Shown piece after piece: positions 55,961 through 64,000 of a stretch of DNA of 64,000 bases (position 1 is its first letter; every line of letters starts with the position of its first letter). The stretch is from the IMG/VR virus record IMGVR_UViG_3300028886_000058, positions 1 to 64,000 of that record. One strand, written 5' to 3'. A program made the position numbers and the translations under genes. The notes under the pieces were generated by a model that saw only the letters and a program-made list of their open reading frames with translations, had not been told where the DNA came from and did not search any database. Source of the DNA: a virus. Lineage: Duplodnaviria; Caudoviricetes.

Positions 55961-58900
55961 TTAAATCACTCCTTTCTTGTTTTCCAGATATTCTATTCTT
56001 CTACGCAATGATTGAATTTCTTTAAGTAAAACAGGAATTAATTGAGTATAGTCAATTGCCTTATTATTATCGTTTTTTGTGCATATTTCAGGCAACACTT
56101 TTATTGCTTCTTCGTATATTAAACCAAACTTAGTTTCTTCATTTGGGTCGTTATTATACACGAAAGATACAGGGTTAAGATTATCAATAGTTTTCCCTAC
56201 ATCATTTAATGGCTTGATGTTATGTTTTACATCTTTTGATGATGCGCTGTGAACAGTACCATAGAAATGTAAGGGTTGTCCGCTTCCTATTATATTGATA
56301 ACTTGATTAGAAATATCAGCTATAAAATCACAAGAATAATTTTGATTTGTATTATCTGGGCGAATAGACACTTGATAATCTTTACCATTAATTTCTAAAG
56401 CACTAAGTTTTCCGTCTCTTGTTACATAAAAATCTGGTTTTGCGCTAGTGGATAAATCATCTGTATATTCTCCTCCTGCCCAAAACACGATACCTTCTCT
56501 GTTTGCAAACCCAAAAGTACTGTTTGTAATTTCAGTATTGTTTCCGATATGAGTCTCTCCGATTTGCATGTTTGCAATAGAAGATCCTTCTGTAGAAGAT
56601 AATACGCCATCTACAGAGACGTTATGTGCTGTTAATATTCCATCGCTTGTTACATTAAAATTAGTAACGTTATTATCATCCTTTATATCAATTATTCCAC
56701 CATTAATTAATATACTGTCTGTCTTAGCTGTACCATCTTTGTTGATAATAAATTTTCCAGCACCAAGATTAATTCCATTTGTACCAACATAAATACCATT
56801 ATGCGTGGTATCATCAATGCTCATAACGCCATTTCGGATATAAGTGTTTGAAGCATCAGACCCAATATCTAAGTTATTTCCACTTCCAACTGATATTTCA
56901 CCAGGGAGATCAATATTTAATGTTTCATTTCCTAACACTCTTGCGTTACCAGTGTCAGCATCTAAAGTAAATTTTTGACCAGTTATGCTTTTTTGTGCAT
57001 TTTCAAGCTTGGTTTTTAATATCGCACCATCGCTTAAAAATGTTTTTCCGTCATCCATATGGACACTTTCATCGTCGTCGCGATAAATAAAGTCTCCACC
57101 AAAGTTAACACCATCTGTGCCTAAATACACACCAGGTTCTGTGCTTGATAAACTGTCTGTGCCAGCATACATATAGTCTCTCTTAACAATTTCAGGGTTT
57201 TCTTCGTCAACTTCTTGACCCAAAGTAAACCCAGCGATCATAGCACCGGAAGTGTTAATGTTGCCAGAAATAATAACTTCGCCTTGACCGTCTAAATTAA
57301 CTTTTAAATTAGGAGAGTCGAGCTTAAACGTTGCTTCTGCTGTAACATCCAATATGCCTTCTGTGCTAATTGATAAGCTACCTCCGGCTTTAATAGCCAT
57401 GCTACCGCCGGATTCGATATTTAAATTGCCGCCAGACTGAACATTAACTTCTCCGCCAGATTTTACATCAATCTTTCCTGGGTTTTCAGCGTCTCCTGCG
57501 CGAATCTCAATCATGGAGTCGCCGTCTCCTAAAGCCCCAGCTGGTCTGGTACCGTCTGTAGTTGCAAATAAAACCAAAGCTTTATTACTGCTAATTTCAA
57601 GTTCTTCACCAACAGTAGCGTCAATTTTATCAGCAGTAATACTTCCAGTCTCGATTAATTTAGCTGATAATGTTCCTGCCGTTATAGCATCGGCAGAGAT
57701 ACCTTGTCCAGTAGCAATAGTCCTAAACACTGGTTCACCTTGGGCGTCCTTTGTGTCACTTAACATCCAGCCGTCACCAGATAACATCATAGAAGATTTA
57801 CCGTCAGAAGACTCGAACACCATTCTTCCTTTGTCATCTGTGTACCAGTTGGCTGCTCCACCTACCAGTTTGTTTTTACCAGTTTCCAATGAACCTTCAA
57901 GTTTATCTGCTGATAATTTACCAGATCCGCTTAAAGCTGCAGCTCTTTCATAAAGAGTCTGCTTGTTCTTTGTTTCATTAGAAACTTCAGCAATACGAGC
58001 CATAACGTCAGAAAAGTCATGTTGACCAATGAGACTTAAATTAGTGTTTACTTCTATTTTAGTCTGCCATGGTTTGTCATAACATTTCTCAAGTTTGTCT
58101 ATATAAGCCCAGCAGTTTATTTTGATTTCTGGATCTATTAAATGAACAGCATCAGTAACCTCTATATCCGGATATTCAATCTCTTCTATTTTAGTATCAT
58201 CATCCGGTTCTTCGTCTAATTCATGACCTTTTTTAAAGCCAAACGAACTTCCATATTGATCAACAAAAGTAAACGAATAACTTACTTCGGGTTTAGCAAC
58301 CTTCTCAAAGTTATCTAAAGCATCAGCGTAAAGCTTATCTTCGTCTCCTTCGATATACGAGTCATCAGACCAGAAACCTTCTCGAAGCATATCGCCAAGG
58401 AAAATATTTAAGTTATTTGTCTTTTCTTCTATAGCTTGTTGAGCATCTACCATTGCTTGGTATTCTTGCTCATATGCTCTGTCCGAAATTTCTCCGAATT
58501 TCTTTACCAGATTATTTATTCCGATAAGTTCTCCATCATTAGTGATAGGATATAATTTAGTGTATTGCTTATCAGATAAGAACATTTTATCCTGATAGTC
58601 TTTAACTTGGATATAATCTGTATCATAAAACTGTTCAGTACTCATTGCACGAACATATCTTGCATTTGCTGGTGTTGTAATAGTTCCAATACCATTAACA
58701 GGTTCAGAATTAATAAATGTTTTTGTGTTTGTATAGAAAAATAGTTTCGTACTAGAAGAAAAACTATATTTATATAACGTATTTTCGTATACAATAGAAT
58801 GACCAGTAATATAAGCTTCTCCACCTGTAGCAACGCCACTGTCGTCAATTTCTCCACGGTTTACTTTGGAAAAATCAATAATGTTTTCAGTAGGGAAGGT

Positions 58901-61225
58901 TATTGTATCATATGTCCTTGTTGTTGCTGTTGAAACAATGTTAGAAGAAGGAGAATCAACATATACATATCCTTTTATTGTATCTAATGTTAATGTAGTT
59001 CCAGCCGGCAAATCTGCATGAGTTGAAAATACCCAATAAAAGTCATAATCAGAATTAATAGCATAATTCCCTTGATCTAAAGGATTGACTATTTCATAAA
59101 GATATTTTTCGTAATACCCATGGTATGCCATATCTCTAGAGCGACATGAATGGAATACGATATTGGTTCTTGCACCAACACGCTGCTCTTCTAACGATTC
59201 AAGAAGCTTCCATTCCCCGCCTTCTCCATGATAGAACTTTTTCATCTTGCGGTCGTAGAAATATTCATTGTCTACTTCATCAGGAGTTTCTTCTTGAACA
59301 TATAACCTATGCCATTCTGTGTCTCCGCGTTCTGCCCAGCAGAAATAAAGTTCACCATCTTGAATAGTGTGTTTATAATACTTATAAAACCAACCGTAAT
59401 TAGCCAGTTCGACTTCAGGGAATTCTTCTCCAAATAAAATAGGATGGTATATCGTATCATCCTTAACAGCTTCTGAAAGCTTATCAGGCAAAGCATCATC
59501 TGTAGAAATAGCTGTGCCTAATCTTCCAGACATACTATCGGTACAGAACAGATAAAACTTATCATCTTCCGACCAGGTAGGCACTTCGTCTACACTACAC
59601 CAAAGAGTTATCTTCGTTGGCTCATCATCTTGCAAACTATAGTCAAAATCTCCGGGTTCGCCTTCTGAATTTAAATAATAGTTTCCTTCGGAGTCCATAA
59701 TAGCTTTTACATAGAACTTTTCAAAAGTAACAGGTTCTGTGTTGTGTAAAATATATAAAATACTGGCGCTTGAAGGAATTGGCAAACCATTGTCTTTAAT
59801 TTGTTTTGCAACGTGCCATCTGAAATAATTCTTTTTAGCTTCACGATAATCTGAGCGATAAACAACTCCATTATCTCCGACACTATTGTTTATAACAAGC
59901 CGCAGATGTCCATCGTCAGATTCATAGCCGCTTGTAGTCGAAGCTTTAGAAACTGAAAGCTTTAAGAAACCAGTATTTGATTGAGCTAAGTCACTTAACT
60001 CCGTAAGACTGTTTACGAAAGCAGTAGAGTTTTCAATGCTTGTTTTATAATACTTAGGCATTTCCCTTTGATACTTAGCAACTTCCTGAAGATGTTCATC
60101 AGTAAATAAACCAACATCGTCATAATAATCAAAGTTGAAAAGCTCTGGAGTTAAATTGTCTACAAGCTTAACGGTAGGGGAGGGAAGTTCTGTTCCAAGC
60201 TGTGCATCGCATTTGTGATACGCATGACCAGATGTATCATCCCACAAATAAGATCTGGACGTAAAGTCTTTTCTGGACCAAATTAATTTATTACCTTCTG
60301 GCACATCTTGTGTAAGTTTGAAATACTGATTAATGCCGTCGTCATCTTCAAACCAAACAACATCACCATTATTATATCCTTCAGATATAAATTCATATTC
60401 TTTATGTTGGCACGTTTGAATACTGCACATACCTAGATTGGCATCACCATAAGCTCCGTAAGCATAAAACTTGGTTGCCATATTCTCGGTGTTTGTCGTT
60501 CTTGTTAAACTATGAATATTCCTATCGTAATGAAGCTCAATTATATCAGATAAGCCTTCTTTTACTTGATCTGGAATTTGTCCTGCCGGAGTTTTTGAAA
60601 ATGGGTTCATCGGAAGAATGTCTACTTTATGTGTATCTCCGTGATAAATAGCTTTTGCTTCGAATAGATCACACATGTCAGATACCATCTTGAAAGCCCC
60701 AGTTTTCAATGGTGCAGTCAGGCTCCGTACTTTGGTTGACCCATCTTCCTCTTTAAAGTCTGCAACCTCACCTGGTTCCCAGCCACTGCCTTTCAGAATT
60801 GCGTCAAGTAATTGATATGCAGTACCGACATTATTTCCTTCGTCATCTGAAAACTCAAGGTTAAGATTTTTCGTCTTTAACAGTTGGCTGATATGACCAG
60901 CCGTAACTTCAACAGTCTTAGAGAAGTTATTATGGTTTATCTTGTTTTCTGAAATTAAAAACCAGTCAGTTTCATAATCGTCAACCAAACGAATTCGATA
61001 ATCAGCGATCAGATAATTAAGACGATAATTAGGTTCTTCATCATTTTCTCCATAACATACTGATGGGATAGAAAAGTTTATAGTTTTCCATCCGTTACGT
61101 TCATGCGTAACAACTACATTTGTAGCTTGTCCTGAGATATCAGAATTATTGTCATAAAGATTGCATAACACTTTATTAGTATAATCGCATATATCAAGTG
61201 TTAATTTCCTTGTTCGCCCCTTCAA
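55961..61225 (-). CDS. Tal/tail endopeptidase-like central spike with C-terminal S74 chaperone
   Basis: Follows Dit; ITADKI beta-helix; SS...KHNI, L.PV.F.Y, GLI.EE. Confidence 0.75.
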   Translation of the reverse strand: MKGRTRKLTLDICDYTNKVLCNLYDNNSDISGQATNVVVTHERNGWKTINFSIPSVCYGENDEEPNYRLNYLIADYRIRLVDDYETDWFLISENKINHNNFSKTVEVTAGHISQLLKTKNLNLEFSDDEGNNVGTAYQLLDAILKGSGWEPGEVADFKEEDGSTKVRSLTAPLKTGAFKMVSDMCDLFEAKAIYHGDTHKVDILPMNPFSKTPAGQIPDQVKEGLSDIIELHYDRNIHSLTRTTNTENMATKFYAYGAYGDANLGMCSIQTCQHKEYEFISEGYNNGDVVWFEDDDGINQYFKLTQDVPEGNKLIWSRKDFTSRSYLWDDTSGHAYHKCDAQLGTELPSPTVKLVDNLTPELFNFDYYDDVGLFTDEHLQEVAKYQREMPKYYKTSIENSTAFVNSLTELSDLAQSNTGFLKLSVSKASTTSGYESDDGHLRLVINNSVGDNGVVYRSDYREAKKNYFRWHVAKQIKDNGLPIPSSASILYILHNTEPVTFEKFYVKAIMDSEGNYYLNSEGEPGDFDYSLQDDEPTKITLWCSVDEVPTWSEDDKFYLFCTDSMSGRLGTAISTDDALPDKLSEAVKDDTIYHPILFGEEFPEVELANYGWFYKYYKHTIQDGELYFCWAERGDTEWHRLYVQEETPDEVDNEYFYDRKMKKFYHGEGGEWKLLESLEEQRVGARTNIVFHSCRSRDMAYHGYYEKYLYEIVNPLDQGNYAINSDYDFYWVFSTHADLPAGTTLTLDTIKGYVYVDSPSSNIVSTATTRTYDTITFPTENIIDFSKVNRGEIDDSGVATGGEAYITGHSIVYENTLYKYSFSSSTKLFFYTNTKTFINSEPVNGIGTITTPANARYVRAMSTEQFYDTDYIQVKDYQDKMFLSDKQYTKLYPITNDGELIGINNLVKKFGEISDRAYEQEYQAMVDAQQAIEEKTNNLNIFLGDMLREGFWSDDSYIEGDEDKLYADALDNFEKVAKPEVSYSFTFVDQYGSSFGFKKGHELDEEPDDDTKIEEIEYPDIEVTDAVHLIDPEIKINCWAYIDKLEKCYDKPWQTKIEVNTNLSLIGQHDFSDVMARIAEVSNETKNKQTLYERAAALSGSGKLSADKLEGSLETGKNKLVGGAANWYTDDKGRMVFESSDGKSSMMLSGDGWMLSDTKDAQGEPVFRTIATGQGISADAITAGTLSAKLIETGSITADKIDATVGEELEISSNKALVLFATTDGTRPAGALGDGDSMIEIRAGDAENPGKIDVKSGGEVNVQSGGNLNIESGGSMAIKAGGSLSISTEGILDVTAEATFKLDSPNLKVNLDGQGEVIISGNINTSGAMIAGFTLGQEVDEENPEIVKRDYMYAGTDSLSSTEPGVYLGTDGVNFGGDFIYRDDDESVHMDDGKTFLSDGAILKTKLENAQKSITGQKFTLDADTGNARVLGNETLNIDLPGEISVGSGNNLDIGSDASNTYIRNGVMSIDDTTHNGIYVGTNGINLGAGKFIINKDGTAKTDSILINGGIIDIKDDNNVTNFNVTSDGILTAHNVSVDGVLSSTEGSSIANMQIGETHIGNNTEITNSTFGFANREGIVFWAGGEYTDDLSTSAKPDFYVTRDGKLSALEINGKDYQVSIRPDNTNQNYSCDFIADISNQVINIIGSGQPLHFYGTVHSASSKDVKHNIKPLNDVGKTIDNLNPVSFVYNNDPNEETKFGLIYEEAIKVLPEICTKNDNNKAIDYTQLIPVLLKEIQSLRRRIEYLENKKGVI

Positions 61226-61239
61226 TCTTATCGCCTCCT

Positions 61240-62376
61240 TTATGCGAACGTTGGTTTATACGAAAAATTCAGTTTGTCTAAATTCATTGTTGTCTTTGGA
61301 GTAATAATAAGTTCGTTCATAGACACGACCATTGTTTTTTCATTTCCAGAATGTTCAATTTCAGGAGTAACAGTAAACCTATCAACATCGCTGTTAATTT
61401 GTTCGACGATCTTTCTCCACCTGTTATCAATATAAATATATTTACCAATCAAATTAATATGAACCTGATTAGTTAGCATAACAGTATTTCCCGGTTCATA
61501 ACAAGCAAACAACTGTCTCATTGGTTCTCCAGCTGGCTCCAGTTCGATAAACCCTTCGTCATGGTACATAAAAGCTAATTCGCTTTCGGAAGATCCTCTG
61601 AGGAGCGTTTTGCCGCTGACACCGTCTATGTAAACTTCTTTATCAGAGTCAGTTGTATCAGCTCTGGAAATAGCTACTAAGCCACAAGTTTGGTTCGTTG
61701 TTTTGTTATAGATAGTAACTCCGTCACCAACATCACCAGCTACGATAATGCTGACATGAGCACGTTCAGTTCCGGGGTTTAACAACAGAATTTCTGTTTG
61801 TTCTGTTAAGTTAGTAAAAGAAGTTTGCGGAACCATGTCTTCGTTTTCTGGCATAGCTGTATTGCGCATAACTCTAAAATGATCAACATCCGTTAGTTCG
61901 TTGTACATTTTATCGCTTCTTGCATATGGATAGTATGCTTTCATGTTGATAGTAACTAATCCGTTCATATAGTTATTCAGTTCAGGATGAGGCACGCTTG
62001 TTACAGTTGCATAGTAATAACACCAAGGTCTACGTGCAAATATAAGTTTACCCGCCTTACCAATTCTGAATAGATTATGTATTTTAGCCATAACACCTTC
62101 ATCCAACGAAGATTCTTCAAACAAACAACGAAGTCTAAACTCCTTTGGTTGTTTTGAAGATCCATAATAGTATCCGCCATTATGTCCTTCGAAGGTTTCT
62201 TCGTAGATGTTTGTTTCGGCGGGAGCATATACATATGTATCTTCTTTTTCCGGCACATAGGTTAAGCCGAGATCAGCAATATCTATACCGCAAAAAGAAA
62301 AGCCGCCTTCAATTAACTTGTCGCACTGCACAAGTTTGCCCTCCTTCCTATGAATGTGGAGAGAGAAGAGCGTCAA
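61240..62376 (-). CDS. Distal tail protein (Dit)
   Basis: GFSF.G, GKLIF...P..YY.A, PYA.S; lies between TMP and Tal. Confidence 0.72.
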   Translation of the reverse strand: MTLFSLHIHRKEGKLVQCDKLIEGGFSFCGIDIADLGLTYVPEKEDTYVYAPAETNIYEETFEGHNGGYYYGSSKQPKEFRLRCLFEESSLDEGVMAKIHNLFRIGKAGKLIFARRPWCYYYATVTSVPHPELNNYMNGLVTINMKAYYPYARSDKMYNELTDVDHFRVMRNTAMPENEDMVPQTSFTNLTEQTEILLLNPGTERAHVSIIVAGDVGDGVTIYNKTTNQTCGLVAISRADTTDSDKEVYIDGVSGKTLLRGSSESELAFMYHDEGFIELEPAGEPMRQLFACYEPGNTVMLTNQVHINLIGKYIYIDNRWRKIVEQINSDVDRFTVTPEIEHSGNEKTMVVSMNELIITPKTTMNLDKLNFSYKPTFA

Positions 62377-62387
62377 GCCCTTCTCTC

Positions 62388-62416
62388 TCCTTTATGTCTT
62401 TTTTCGAATGGTCACA
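62388..62416 (-). promoter_or_regulatory. Repeated phage promoter/operator motif, copy 3
   Basis: Minus strand TGTGACCATTCGAAA-N6-ATAAAGGA, same spacing as copies 1 and 2. Confidence 0.5.
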
Positions 62417-62455
62417 TTTTAAACAATACGAAAAGAAATTATAACAATACGTAAA

Positions 62456-64000
62456 TTACCAAGCATATGCAGCTAAATTGAACCCGTCTTTTTGCAATTC
62501 TTTAGTGAATGCTTTACCAACTCTACGAGCGACCTCATCGTAATCAGCATCGCTCTCAAGACGAGCTTCATAAAGATTGACGTTAACATCTCCAACATTA
62601 ATACCGCCTTTTCCAAATGCGCTTTCATCAAGATGTGTCATGTAAGGTGAAGTTTTAATATACGTAAATTCATCAAGCATTGCACGTAGTAAAGCAGTGT
62701 CAGTAGAATCAAGGAAAGCTTCTGGTTTAGTTTTAGTTCCGTCAACCCAAGCTGGTCCAGTATAGTCTACAAGACCGCCGTTTAAGAACGTTCCTACGTT
62801 TTTCGCTTTTCTGCCACCCGCATTCACAGTTCCGTTTTTGTCTTCTTGATATATATTACCTGTTTGACGTTGAACGCCACCTTTTTTTGCAAATTCAGAT
62901 ATGGCTGCGTCTTTAGCAGCATTTTTAGATGATTTCCATCCTCCACCAGCCAACAACGTTGTATTATCAGATTTTAAACCAAATGCTGTTGCATAGTAAT
63001 TTGCATATCCACTAGGACTACTACTAGAACTGCTGCTACTGCTGCTACTTGAACTTTTCTTTTTCTTTGGTTCATCTTTTTTCCCAATACCTTCATATTC
63101 ACTAAATTGGCTCATGAAGTCAGTATACAAGTCTTTATGGGGTCCGCCGATAATAGCGTCAAAATAATCTTTAAGATTGCCAAAATCAGAATCAGCACTG
63201 TCCCATTCAACTTTGTAGGTCCAATCTTGCATATCGTCAATCTTGTCTAATATTTCATGAGTATCGTATAGTTCATATTTATCGTCTTTATCTGCAGCAA
63301 TCATACGATCATACATATAGTCAAGATTCATTTCAATTGCTTTTTTACCAGCTTCAGAAGCCATTGCATAAGAATCGCTGCCAAGCATATAATCCATAAA
63401 GCTTTCTTTAGAAGAACCATATCCTTCTACTTCATCCCAATAGGTTTGAAGCTCATGTTTCATTACATGCCAAGTATCTTCCCAACCTTGTTCAAGCTGT
63501 TTGCGACGTTCTTCAGAAGCATTTTTATATTCTTCATCGTCTTGAGCCATGAAATTAACAAAGTCATCAAAAGTACCGGATAAAAGTTCAGTTACTTTAT
63601 CTCTAAATGTATCATAGTGACTTAGTCTTTCATTTAAATTTTCTTCTTCTGTGGATACGAATTCATCCAGCGCTTTTATCTGATCTTCATAAAGCTTATT
63701 TTGAGCAGCAGCTTGTTCATCAGCAATGTTCCAAGCAAGATCTCGTTCAATTTCTTCGATCTTCTTAGAAAGTTCTTTAGCGTCTTTTGTACGAGATTGA
63801 TCTGCCTGAATTAATGCTAACTGTTGTTTGAGCCGAGAAAGTTCTTCCATTTTATCTTCTTGGTTCATAGCATCTTTCTTTGCTTTTATTCTTTCGTTTA
63901 ACAAAGCCTTCTGTTCGTTCAAAGCTTCTTTCTGTTTTTGAATTGTTTTCTTAATCAAGGCCCATTCATCTTGGTAATTCTTTTTAATTACGTTTATTAT
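62456..64000 (-). CDS. Tape measure protein, C-terminal part (truncated by window)
   Basis: Long coiled coil; GGLVDYTGPAWVDG...PEA.L; upstream of Dit. Confidence 0.78.
   Translation of the reverse strand: MINVIKKNYQDEWALIKKTIQKQKEALNEQKALLNERIKAKKDAMNQEDKMEELSRLKQQLALIQADQSRTKDAKELSKKIEEIERDLAWNIADEQAAAQNKLYEDQIKALDEFVSTEEENLNERLSHYDTFRDKVTELLSGTFDDFVNFMAQDDEEYKNASEERRKQLEQGWEDTWHVMKHELQTYWDEVEGYGSSKESFMDYMLGSDSYAMASEAGKKAIEMNLDYMYDRMIAADKDDKYELYDTHEILDKIDDMQDWTYKVEWDSADSDFGNLKDYFDAIIGGPHKDLYTDFMSQFSEYEGIGKKDEPKKKKSSSSSSSSSSSSSPSGYANYYATAFGLKSDNTTLLAGGGWKSSKNAAKDAAISEFAKKGGVQRQTGNIYQEDKNGTVNAGGRKAKNVGTFLNGGLVDYTGPAWVDGTKTKPEAFLDSTDTALLRAMLDEFTYIKTSPYMTHLDESAFGKGGINVGDVNVNLYEARLESDADYDEVARRVGKAFTKELQKDGFNLAAYAW

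Noticed and set aside
29808-62444. Numerous + strand ORFs in the tail arm (and - strand ORFs in the left arm)
   Set aside because: Antisense shadows of well-supported genes.

Overview
About 64 kb of an AT-rich, probably temperate, siphovirus-like phage genome. The host is likely Bacillota/Clostridia, judged from the HPr, RemA, SH3b and LL-H-type holin homologues. Positions 1-29.6 kb are a + strand replication/accessory arm. It carries a retron-type reverse transcriptase, tRNA-Ser, a YonO-like single-subunit RNA polymerase, Sak/Rad52, SSB, primase-helicase, RNA ligase, RuvC, an integrase with a candidate attP, and a DnaE split by two endonuclease-encoding group I introns. Positions 29.6-64 kb are a - strand lysis/tail arm, and the two arms meet at back-to-back terminators. 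Main candidate new system: the RT is followed directly by an msr/msd-like ncRNA (1430-1607), and a second homologous ncRNA with the same scaffold but an unrelated hairpin lies 5.5 kb away between ssb and primase (6968-7119). This suggests one phage RT serving several dispersed templates. Other highlights: a three-copy promoter-like motif, two tail-gene cassettes bounded by matching short sites, an HPr lacking Ser46, and a RemA homologue. All calls were made by eye; no searches were run.
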